DNA of 64,000 bases, from positions 448,001-512,000 of the forward strand of contig OY970340.1 of NCBI GenBank assembly GCA_963717465.1, in the 5' to 3' direction. The stretch's first letter is position 1; the number at the start of each line of letters is the position of its first letter. The translations under genes and the position numbers were made by a program. The notes under the pieces were generated by a model. The model was not told where the DNA came from. It ran no database searches and saw nothing but the letters and a program-made list of their open reading frames with translations. Below, one piece after another: positions 30,731 to 39,826 of this stretch. Source of the stretch: Candidatus Bathyarchaeota archaeon (GTDB taxonomy: Archaea; Thermoproteota; Bathyarchaeia; Bathyarchaeales; Bathycorpusculaceae).

Positions 30731-33034
30731 CTAGGAAATGTTCGCTGAGTACACTTTTGCAAGGTTTACTTTGAAGCACCAAGCTCCAAGTTCTGGACTT
30801 AGCTGTTCAGGGTCGTCTGGGATTGTTTGATTGATGTTCCAATCTAGCCATCCGTGAAGACTTGGCTCTTCACCTGGTAGCTCAGGACGCCACCAACTGT
30901 GCTCAGGATCAATAACTTTTGGATTATGACCAAAGTCATATCTTACTGTCTGTCTGCATCTACCAACGGGAGTTTCGATGTAAACCCATTCACCATCTCC
31001 AATACCCATGTTGCGCGCTGTCAAAGGATGCATCTTCACACGCGGAACAGGACGCAAATGCCTCATTAAACTAATATGCCGTAGCTCAGCATGGTGTGCT
31101 TCTTGGAATCTGGCACCACTAGTCATGATTAAAGGGTAGTCCTTGGCTATATCAGGAGCGCTGATTGGCGTCCACGCATTCTCCACATAATACGGCAACG
31201 GATTGTACTCAAGCTCCTCCAGAATGGTTGAGTAGAACGCAACCTTGCCCTCAGGAGTACCAAAACCAACCGCCTCTCCCGTCTCCGAATCGAGCTCCGC
31301 ATACTTCTTGAACCTTGGCTCCCATGGCGGCACACCCCTCCATTCCTCATTAACTTGCTTACGCGTCCAGCCAGTTGGCTCATAGAAATAGTCCTGAAAT
31401 TCCTCCAAACTCTTCCAAGTCCAGGCTTTATCAACTCTTTCCTTACCAACCACGGCAACCGCAAGATCGCGATATATCAGTGCGTCATCTCTTAGATCCC
31501 ACAGTCCAGGTATTTTCTCAGGCAATGCACGATCACCAGCAATCTCAAACTCAATATTCCCCTGACATGAAACAGTCGCGTAGCCAGAAGGCCTCTCAAA
31601 TTGACTGGTGCCAGGCAGCACATAATCTGCAATCATAGCCTCAGGAGTCATCTGAGCACATTCAATGTACACGAAGAGTTCAAGCTTCTTTATGCCCTCA
31701 TAAGCCTTTTTGATATTTGGATAACCTCTCATCGGACCTACTTCACCGCAAATCATCGCCTTGATCGGATATGGTTTCTCAGTTATCATTGCATCTATTA
31801 GGTCAGGGAAAACTGGAGCTAATGGTCCAGCGCTTCCAGGGCCCTTCCAATATCCTCTAGCCATGCTTGCCATACCAATGGCGCCACCACCGGGAACAGT
31901 CAGCATTTTATATTTGTCCGAACCTATCTGTTTCATCATGAAACTTGGATCGGACTCCATAAGAATATTTGTAAACGCTTCACTTCCCGTGCGGAATTTT
32001 GGTTTTGCGTGTAAGTATTCGCCGCCTTCTATGTCGATGTTGCCTGTTAGCGCTGGTAGCATATATTTGGATCGCACATTACTCATGGAGTTCCTGCCTG
32101 ATGATTCAATTGCGTAGCCGTATGGGAACGTGCATGGACGGTTTTTCACTATGAATCTGGCTGCTTCTCTAATCTTTTCAGCTGGAATCCAAGTTATTTC
32201 CGCAGCCTTCTCAGGCGTATACTGCTTAACACGTTCCTTTAGCTTATCAAATCCAAAGGTCCATTTCTCCACAAACTCATGATCGTACAAATCCTCCTCG
32301 ATGAGGACATTCATCATAGCCAGCATAAGAGCGGTATCAGTTCCAGGCCTAATCGCCAACCATAATTCAGAATTTCTAACAGTTTCAGTATAGCGTGGAT
32401 CGACGCAGAGCATTTTCGCGCCACCCTCGACTGCTGCAACAAAGCCAGGCCATGAATATGTCCAAGATTCACTGGGATTCGTTCCAATCGCAAAGATACC
32501 TTTGGTCTTACCAGGAATCATCATTGCATATGTTAATCCCACGCCATAGCCTAATCCTAAGGCTTGGTACGTGGGTCCAGCTCAGTGTGTCGCTGCAACA
32601 GGCCCAAAGTTAGGGCTGCCCAATAACACATGGAAAGGCGCACAGCCAAGACCTAGGTTAGCAGATCGACCAGTGCCGCTAATGCCGCATACAGATTCGG
32701 CGCCATACTTTGCTACAATTTCCTTTACTTTAGCAGCAATTTCCGAAATAGCTTGATCCCACGATATTATTTGCCACTTCCCTTCACCTCGTTTGCCAAT
32801 ACGCTTCAACGGATACATGGGTCTGTCTCTATGGTAGATGTACTCTACAGAGTACTTCCACTTCTGACAATAAGGCCCAGGATTAAACGGACTTTCCCAA
32901 TCAGGCTCAACTTTAGTGATTTTACCGTTCTCAACAGTCTCAAGCAATTGACATGATCCAGTACTACAGAAACCGCAAATACATCTATGCAATCCATCGT
33001 ATTTCTTCGGGTCTTCAATTTTAGTTTCACTCAT
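30731..33034 (-). CDS. Mo/W-bis-PGD oxidoreductase, acetylene hydratase-like, candidate selenoprotein (U151), 767 aa
   Basis: [4Fe-4S] motif CGFC.TGSC...C, YPLKR..RGEGKW..ISWDQA, RPGTDTAL, DYVLPG..FER and C-terminal HP..A...GI.DG motif. ORFs 32582..33070 and 30731..32542 share a frame, separated only by TGA at 32582-32584. GGAGA precedes ATG 33034. Confidence 0.88.
32538..32575 (-). promoter_or_regulatory. Candidate bacterial-type SECIS hairpin 6 nt 3' of the in-frame UGA
   Basis: mRNA UGA-GCUGGA-CCCACG-UA-CCA-AGCCU-UAGGAUU-AGGCU-A-UGG-CGUGGG: 14 Watson-Crick pairs, G-containing apical loop about 23-25 nt from UGA. Folded by hand. Confidence 0.65.
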
Positions 33035-33115
33035 TTTTCTATCTCCTATTACTTTATGTCTTTGAAACAAGTTAATATTAAGGTCTGTTTAATATTTAAG
33101 GTTAAAATATGAGCC

Positions 33116-33134
33116 TGTTTCAGATTTTGAGACA
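33116..33134. promoter_or_regulatory. Imperfect palindrome (candidate operator) upstream of the oxidoreductase TATA box
   Basis: TGTTTCA-GATTT-TGAGACA; extra half-site TGAAACA at 33063; minus-strand CTTAAATA at 33093-33100. Confidence 0.4.
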
Positions 33135-33372
33135 AAATAAGGCAAATCTGCTAATTTAGTTGCCACAGGTGCGGTTTTGACCCTATTTTTGATAAAAAAG
33201 TGCAAAGTCTAAAACTCAATTTAATAAAAGTAATAAGAATTGGAACAAATTTCCATGATGGAGAATTAAGAGGCCTGAATTATTTTCTTAAACGAAACTT
33301 TTTCAAGATTAAATAGTAACAAGTTCAGTAAGTTTTAGGTTTTCCAAATAGCAATAATGTTGTGTATCAATT

Positions 33373-33978
33373 TTAAGCGTCAACAGGCGTTATTTTCTTC
33401 GTAAATGTATTATTTTCTATGTGATTCACTGGTTTAGCCGATTGAAATATTGATCCCAAGTTTCGATATGAAAATGGTTTTGGCCACATTTTATCCGTGT
33501 GAAACATGAAGCTATGTACTTCAAGGGATGGTAATTTATGCAAAAGCGATAATTCTTTATCAACCATCTTTGAGAACTTTATAAAATCATCATAATCCTT
33601 GTGAGCAGTTACAGCGAACCATTGTGTTCCTGTCATGCCGCGATCTACGAGGAGGCACAGCAATTCGGGATGGCTGTGAGCCACTTCATCAGCTTCGCTA
33701 AATTGCATTGGTGTTACTATATCAGTAGTTGAAGCTAACGAAAGCACAACAACCTCTAGCCCAATTTTATAGAAATCAGGTACTGGAACGTATTCTTTTA
33801 TGTAGCCCTCTTGTTCAAGCTTCTTTTTTCTTCGAGACAAAGATGTGTGGCTTATTCCCAAACGTTTGGCAATTTCTCTATCGCTATTACCGCTTAATGC
33901 CATCAAAGTAAACAAAGTTTTTAGATTTTCTTGTTCCTTTCTCTCCAGTGCATTTCGTTTACTCAATGGTCTATTCAT
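33373..33978 (-). CDS. Lrp/AsnC family regulator
   Basis: SDREIAKRLGISHTSLSRRKKKLEQEGYIKEY.P.PDF.KIG. Confidence 0.85.
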   Translation of the reverse strand: MNRPLSKRNALERKEQENLKTLFTLMALSGNSDREIAKRLGISHTSLSRRKKKLEQEGYIKEYVPVPDFYKIGLEVVVLSLASTTDIVTPMQFSEADEVAHSHPELLCLLVDRGMTGTQWFAVTAHKDYDDFIKFSKMVDKELSLLHKLPSLEVHSFMFHTDKMWPKPFSYRNLGSIFQSAKPVNHIENNTFTKKITPVDA

Positions 33979-34030
33979 ATAATACAGTATTACAAAAGTT
34001 GTTTTAAAATTTTGCTTGGCGTGCTGGCTT

Positions 34031-34248
34031 ACCCCTAAATTAAAAGCTTTTGTTGGAAAGGGGGTATCGTTTCTAATGAGTTAGCCCCAGCGTGGGAGAT
34101 GAGTCCTAGCGGGACAAGATGACACAAGACCTCAGAAAACCTCTTTTGAAAGGTAGACTTAAGCCTTGCCAAAAGCATGCCAATAGCTGTTTCCACCTCC
34201 AGGGAGCGCGCATTTTTTTCCTAAATTAATAAAGTGAGCGCCACCTCT
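34031..34248. ncRNA. Candidate structured RNA / cis-element
   Basis: GC-richer intergenic patch with several hairpins; no convincing ORF. Confidence 0.3.
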
Positions 34249-34374
34249 TATTGGAGTAAACAATGAAATTTTCAATAATTTAATTTAAATATTCTAACCT
34301 CTTAAAACCTAAACAAAAATAACTTTTTTAAATTTATTTCAATTTTCAATTTTCTTCAGTAACGGCATTAAAAT

Positions 34375-35511
34375 TTAATCTAAATTCATTTCTTCTTCGA
34401 CGCCGTAGTCAATGATTACTTTTTGTTTTCTCTGCTTAAAGGCAGCGTCCAAGTTTGGGTCGCCTGTGTCAACTCTGAGGCTTTTCAGGCTGCCAAGCTT
34501 ACCCTTAGTTGCAACCACGACAATGTTATCCATTCCTATTTGGCGGATTACTTTTGAGCTTATTTGTTGGTTTCCTCGTCCAAAGATGAAGCCTTGCCCT
34601 CCGATGGGAGTAACGATTATTCTTGCAGATTTTCCTTTCGTTGCTTGCAGTATCTTTTTTTCGTTCACGTCTTTTGCAATTATTTTCTTGTTAAAGAAAA
34701 TGTCAACGCCAAGCAAGGTTTTTTTTGCGTCTAAAAGGTCAGCGATCGTTCTTGTCGTAGTGCCAGGTCCAACAACGTAAACAGTGTTTGGCGGCATGTT
34801 CTCAATAACGTATATGGCTATTGCTGCTTGGTTGCGCAGTTCATTTTCAGTCATGGGACTTGCCATTTTGTTTGCCTGAATCAACTCAGGTTCATAAGGA
34901 GTCAATGTGTACCCGTATAGTTGGGCTGATAAGTGTCCTTCTCGGAAGGCTTTTTCATCAACATCCATAACTTCAGCTTCACGCAAAGGCAAACTAGCCC
35001 ATAGGTACCGGAGGGTTGCTCTTGCCGCTGCTTTGGGGCTTACAGCAAAAACGCTACTATGCATCTTTACACCCGTCGGAACGCCGAGCACTGGAACCTT
35101 CATGTCAACTGCTTTTTGAATAATCCGTGCTGTTCCATCTCCACCGCAGAAGACAAGGAGGTCAACATGAGCTTTTGCCATTTCTTTTGCATAAATTCGG
35201 GTATCGTTTGAAGTGGTTTCGGCTTTCTTTTCACCCAGAACCTGGCAACTGAATCCGTATTTGGTGACCGCATCTTCTCCCATGCTTCCAGCGCCAACGA
35301 TGAATTTTAGGCCTTTTTTGGCTGGAATTAACTCTTCAAGGAAGGCTTGGGCTCTCGAATACGCGATAGGTTTTGCGCCAAGCGACAAAGCTTTTTTCAG
35401 GATTACAGTGCCATCTGTTCCCTTTAGCCCCACTGCTCCCCCCATTCCAGCAACGGGGTTAATAATGAAACCGATTGTTTTTGATGGGATTGCTTGCTCA
35501 GGATAACTCAA
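34375..35511 (-). CDS. ATP-NAD kinase family protein
   Basis: NPVAGMGGAVGLKGTDG, GGDGTAR, GVKMHS and GGQGFIFGRGNQQ. Confidence 0.88.
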   Translation of the reverse strand: MSYPEQAIPSKTIGFIINPVAGMGGAVGLKGTDGTVILKKALSLGAKPIAYSRAQAFLEELIPAKKGLKFIVGAGSMGEDAVTKYGFSCQVLGEKKAETTSNDTRIYAKEMAKAHVDLLVFCGGDGTARIIQKAVDMKVPVLGVPTGVKMHSSVFAVSPKAAARATLRYLWASLPLREAEVMDVDEKAFREGHLSAQLYGYTLTPYEPELIQANKMASPMTENELRNQAAIAIYVIENMPPNTVYVVGPGTTTRTIADLLDAKKTLLGVDIFFNKKIIAKDVNEKKILQATKGKSARIIVTPIGGQGFIFGRGNQQISSKVIRQIGMDNIVVVATKGKLGSLKSLRVDTGDPNLDAAFKQRKQKVIIDYGVEEEMNLD

Positions 35512-35640
35512 GGCTGCATCAGCTACATACTACTTGATTTAGGGATAATAAACAAAGCACAATATAGCAGTATAGGATTCTACTGTCTAAAACATTGTTA
35601 AGAGCACGGGTTGCTGTTAACAATTGACTACGATTGACGC

Positions 35641-37314
35641 TTATTTTTGACTGAAGATTTCGTGCGCTTGGTAATTGTGCGCAAGAGTAAGTATTCCTCC
35701 TGACACGTTCTTAGCTTTGAATCCATTTTGCACAAGTATCCTCGTAGCCATATAGGAACGTTGACCTGAACGACAAAAAACGTTAATTTCCTTATCATGC
35801 GGAAGTTCGTTTAAACGTGATCGTAATTGACCCAGCGGTATGTTGACGGCGCCAGGGACACTTTCCACCGCAAGTTCAGCTGGTTCACGCACATCTAAGA
35901 GAAAGCCCTTAGTTGAATCCCATTGGCTAAGCGGCGAATCCCCTCTAAGTATGTTACTTGCAACCATGCCTGCAAAATTGACAGGGTCCTTTGGGCTTCC
36001 ATACTGGGGGGCATAGCAAAGCTCGGCTTCTTCAAGATCATAGACTGTAGCACCCATCTGAATCATAACGGAAAGAATATCAATGCGCTTGTCTACGCCA
36101 TCTTCACCAATCGCCAACGCGCCCAGAAGTCGCCCATCCGACCTTCTGAATATAATACTGATCGCTAAAGGCTTGGCACCTGGATAGTATCCCGCATGCG
36201 AGTTTGGGTAAAGGTAAATTTTTTCGTAATCAGTTTCACCCATTTGCTGCAGAGTCTTTTCATTGACACCAGTCCACGCTATCGTTGCACCAAATAAACC
36301 GATAACCGATGTCCCTTGCGAGCTGCGGAAACAAGAGTCACGTCCAGCGATAATGTCAGCCGCTATACGACCTTGACGGTTAGCGGAACCTGCCAAAGGA
36401 ATATATGACCATTGGCCGGTCACAAAATCTTTCACCTCAACCACGTCGCCTACGGCAAAAATATCAGGATCGCTTGTACGCATATGTTCATCAACACGAA
36501 TGCCGCCATGCTCACCGATTTTAAGTCCAGCACTTTTCGCCAAAGTAATGTCAGGTCTAACTCCGAGAGCAAGAATGACTAGGTCAGCAACATAAATTTT
36601 CCCTGATTTGGTTTCAACATTAATGCGCTCGCCGTCAGTCTGCTTAAACCCTGCTATACCATCGCCAAGAGCAAGACGGATACCCTGCTTCTTCAGATAC
36701 GCCTCAACTACTCGTGCATGCCCAACGTCTATCTGGGGCAGTATCTGGTCAAGCATTTCTACAAGCGTTACTTCAAAACCTCGGTGAACCAGATTTTCAA
36801 CCATTTCCAAACCGATGAACCCGCCACCGACAACAACAGCACTGGCTTTTGATTTTTCCGTTTGGATTCCGACTCGTTCTATCCATTCACGAATAGCCCT
36901 ACCATCCTGAATTGTCCTTACATGAAAAATCCCCGGCAAATCTATTCCTCTTAGAGGAGGATGAACAGCAGTTGCGCCTGGTGACAATACTAGTTTATCA
37001 TAGGATTGCGTGGACACTTGACCAGTCTCTAAATCCTTGAGCTTTACGATTTTTTCTTTTCGTAAAATCTCTACTGCTTCACAACGGGTGCGCACATCAA
37101 TCGCTAACCTATTTCGAAAATAATGCTCGCTTACAACCAAAAGACTCGATTCTTTATCAATTACGCCACCAACATAATAAGGCAGCCCGCAGTTAGCGTA
37201 CGAAACAAACGGTCCGCGTTCCACCATGAGAATTTCAGCTTTTTCATCCAACCTGCGCAGGCGTGCAGCACAAGATGCCCCGCCAGCTACTCCACCAATT
37301 ATAACAACCTTCAA
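35641..37314 (-). CDS. CoA-disulfide/persulfide reductase with C-terminal rhodanese domain (CoADR-RHD/Npsr-like)
   Basis: GGVAGG, SYANCGLPY, GGGFIGLE, LCYAPQY and rhodanese CRSGQRS. TTG start at 37314 after GAAGGTG. Confidence 0.9.
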   Translation of the reverse strand: MKVVIIGGVAGGASCAARLRRLDEKAEILMVERGPFVSYANCGLPYYVGGVIDKESSLLVVSEHYFRNRLAIDVRTRCEAVEILRKEKIVKLKDLETGQVSTQSYDKLVLSPGATAVHPPLRGIDLPGIFHVRTIQDGRAIREWIERVGIQTEKSKASAVVVGGGFIGLEMVENLVHRGFEVTLVEMLDQILPQIDVGHARVVEAYLKKQGIRLALGDGIAGFKQTDGERINVETKSGKIYVADLVILALGVRPDITLAKSAGLKIGEHGGIRVDEHMRTSDPDIFAVGDVVEVKDFVTGQWSYIPLAGSANRQGRIAADIIAGRDSCFRSSQGTSVIGLFGATIAWTGVNEKTLQQMGETDYEKIYLYPNSHAGYYPGAKPLAISIIFRRSDGRLLGALAIGEDGVDKRIDILSVMIQMGATVYDLEEAELCYAPQYGSPKDPVNFAGMVASNILRGDSPLSQWDSTKGFLLDVREPAELAVESVPGAVNIPLGQLRSRLNELPHDKEINVFCRSGQRSYMATRILVQNGFKAKNVSGGILTLAHNYQAHEIFSQK

Positions 37315-37340
37315 TTCATACACCTTCAGAGATTTATGTA

Positions 37341-37811
37341 TCAACTTTTTTTTCTTAAAGTTTGAACCTGCCATTTGGGCGAAAGTTTTATTGCTTCAAT
37401 CACTGCGTGGCTTTCAATTCGGCTTATGCCTTCAATCCCCGATATGGTAGACATCAATTTTAAAGCGTCATTCTTATTTCGGCATAATGCTAAAACCAGC
37501 AAATCACATTCACCAGTGACTCTGGAGACAATTGAGATTTCGTCATACGAGGACAGCAATTGACCGATCTGTGAAATATCGACTCCTGGCTTTATTGAAA
37601 TCTGCAAACACAGCGGGTACAAATCGAACTCTTCTGGATTTAGAACCACAGTATACCCCATAATGGCACCATTTTTTTCCATTAACTCAATCCTGCTAGC
37701 TACATTTGCATGACTAATTCCAAGTTGCCGGGCAATTTCACGGTAAGAAAGACGAGCATCTCCCGAAAGCAGTTCTAAGATTTTCCTATCAGTATCGTCC
37801 AAAACCTTCAC
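37341..37811 (-). CDS. Lrp/AsnC family regulator
   Basis: LDDTDRKIL..L..DAR.SYREIA and VTGECD. Confidence 0.9.
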   Translation of the reverse strand: MKVLDDTDRKILELLSGDARLSYREIARQLGISHANVASRIELMEKNGAIMGYTVVLNPEEFDLYPLCLQISIKPGVDISQIGQLLSSYDEISIVSRVTGECDLLVLALCRNKNDALKLMSTISGIEGISRIESHAVIEAIKLSPKWQVQTLRKKS

Positions 37812-37819
37812 CCATTATG

Positions 37820-38137
37820 TTATACGTTAACTACACGCTGATCATCCTGCGCTAGAAAATCTACAAGCTGATCATAATCAAGCAATTCCACGCCAGCTAT
37901 CAAGTTTTTAGTTATTCCTCGTTTTTGGGCATCTTTGAATATTAAATAAAGTTTTAATCCAGATTGAATAGCTTTTTCAACATTCGAATTGCTTTCATTT
38001 TTATTAGCTACCATATAAACGGCGTCTTGACTTAACACAGCACTTATTTCCTCGTTTTTCGCTTGCATTTCTAACGCGATTTTCAAGAACGATAAGTCGA
38101 ACCTGTTTAAAAATAGTACAGTCTTCATGTCATCCAC
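37820..38137 (-). CDS. DsrH/TusB family protein
   Basis: QDAVY...DAQKRG...DYDQLVD pattern. Confidence 0.8.
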   Translation of the reverse strand: MDDMKTVLFLNRFDLSFLKIALEMQAKNEEISAVLSQDAVYMVANKNESNSNVEKAIQSGLKLYLIFKDAQKRGITKNLIAGVELLDYDQLVDFLAQDDQRVVNV

Positions 38138-38476
38138 CTAAAACACCAATGTTACTTGTGCTTCGCCAAGAAGCTCAGATATTTTGGTCTCATTGGCAAC
38201 TGTTATGCCTGCCACAAGATTATCAGCGGTAAATCCTCTTTTCCTTAACGCTTCCTCCTCGACAAAAAGGGTGACGCCTGCATCGGGAAGTTCTGAAAAA
38301 TATCGACTTGTCAAGCTTGTATCAACATCCTTCAGGATAGCATACACGGCATCGTCCATCCAGATGAAAGTAACTTGATGTTCCCACAAGCCCGCGGCAG
38401 TACGTAAGGCTTCATAGTAGTTGATTGTCGAGAAAGGCTTTGATTTTAACATTACACAGACTTTCTTTCCAGGCAC
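38138..38476 (-). CDS. DsrF/TusC family protein
   Basis: PF....EALR.A, DDAVY and EEEAL.KRG. Confidence 0.8.
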   Translation of the reverse strand: MPGKKVCVMLKSKPFSTINYYEALRTAAGLWEHQVTFIWMDDAVYAILKDVDTSLTSRYFSELPDAGVTLFVEEEALRKRGFTADNLVAGITVANETKISELLGEAQVTLVF

Positions 38477-38480
38477 GCTT

Positions 38481-38846
38481 TCACCTTCCAGTAAAACTTA
38501 AAACAATGTCTGATTCAGCAATCATTTCAGAGAGGTCAAAAATTCCTCCAGCGACAATTCCTTCAGGATACATTGCTTCATTAACACCTCTTAACTCCAT
38601 GCAAACCCTGCAACATACAATTTTTGCACCCTGTCTAAGCAGGTTTTTAAACCTATCAGAGACCGATGTCATGTTGAAAGGTACCCCATTTTGATATTTA
38701 ACAGGGTTATACACACCATCCATCATCATGAAAATGTTAACCTTATGTCCTTTTTTCAGGGCTGATTCCGCTATTTCAACGACTTGTTCGGGACTTTCAT
38801 GCTCAAAGGGTGGTTCGCAAAGAAAAAATAAAAAAGTTTTGGGCAA
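38481..38846 (-). CDS. DsrE/TusD family protein
   Basis: A.SALKKGH.V.IF..DGVY and CCRVCMELRG (active Cys). Confidence 0.85.
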   Translation of the reverse strand: MPKTFLFFLCEPPFEHESPEQVVEIAESALKKGHKVNIFMMMDGVYNPVKYQNGVPFNMTSVSDRFKNLLRQGAKIVCCRVCMELRGVNEAMYPEGIVAGGIFDLSEMIAESDIVLSFTGR

Positions 38847-38861
38847 AATGTCTTTCTCCTT

Positions 38862-39284
38862 TTAGATGAACAAGTTGACGTCTGATTTTAATGCAAGTTC
38901 CATGAATGTTGCAGCGCCTACTATATCGTCAACTTCTGGAATCAGATCTTCTTTCTTAACATGCATTATCTCCATCGTTGTGCTGCAAGCGTATAGTTTG
39001 ACGTTTCCTGTCTCCTTGCACATTTGAAGCATCTGAGTGAGTGTAGGAACCTTGGCTTTTGCCATTCGCCCCTTTATCATGCCTGTTGCAATCCTCATCA
39101 TTCCAGGTAGTTTTGCCTTGTCAAAGCCGCCCTTTTTGATAGCACTAAGTCCCCAAAATGTAAAGAAAAGATGCACTTTTGTGTCCATCGCTGCTGCTGT
39201 ACTGGCCAACATAAAGACAGGCATTAATTTGTCAAGAGTGCCAGAGTGCACTATGATTGCCATACTTTTATTTTCATCGACCAT
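38862..39284 (-). CDS. DsrE2-like (DsrE/DsrF/DrsH-like) protein
   Basis: SGTLDK...ASTAAAM..VHLFFTFWGL, YACSTTME and VGAATF. Confidence 0.88.
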   Translation of the reverse strand: MVDENKSMAIIVHSGTLDKLMPVFMLASTAAAMDTKVHLFFTFWGLSAIKKGGFDKAKLPGMMRIATGMIKGRMAKAKVPTLTQMLQMCKETGNVKLYACSTTMEIMHVKKEDLIPEVDDIVGAATFMELALKSDVNLFI

Positions 39285-39301
39285 TCTTCCACCTCCTCAC
39301 C

Positions 39302-39556
39302 CTAGGCAAGTTTTTGAATAACATAGGTAAAAACGCCGTTTTCCTCATGAGACTCAAGCAGTTTGTTTCCGGTTTTGTTGCACCACGATTCGAAATCTTT
39401 CCTGCTTCCTGGATCGGTGGCGAGAACTTTTACAATTTGATTTTTTTGCATTTTTTTTATAACTTGATTGATTTTTACTATAGGCATGGGACAAAAAAGC
39501 CCTCGTGTATCAAGCGCCTCATCCACTTGGATTTCTGATTTCTTACTTGTATCCAT
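39302..39556 (-). CDS. tusA: TusA/SirA sulfur carrier
   Basis: LDTRGLFCPMP and ATDPGS..D...WC..TG. Confidence 0.9.
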   Translation of the reverse strand: MDTSKKSEIQVDEALDTRGLFCPMPIVKINQVIKKMQKNQIVKVLATDPGSRKDFESWCNKTGNKLLESHEENGVFTYVIQKLA

Positions 39557-39826
39557 TTGGCATCAACATCATTTTATTATTAACCATTTGGATTATATAA
39601 AATTTATGAAAGCGAATTTCAAATCAGCTCTACCACAATCAAACGTTCTAAAGCGAAGTCAAATCGTTCCCTTTCAGAAATTCAGAACCCCGGTTTTGAT
39701 TTCTTAATAAGAAAAGAACACTAAAATTCTTGGTATAATTTTTACAAGTTTAAATTTAATAGTTGACCATTTTAGTAAAAATTCATCAACATATAAAAGG
39801 AAAAGAGAAAAAAGTTTTAGATTTTT

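Noticed and set aside
34031..34248. tRNA-Sec or another tRNA in the structured intergenic region
   Set aside because: I could not build a cloverleaf, T-loop or UCA anticodon arm on either strand by eye.
38481..39556. Selenocysteine in the DsrE/TusA proteins
   Set aside because: Their active-site codons are ordinary Cys and the ORFs have no in-frame TGA.
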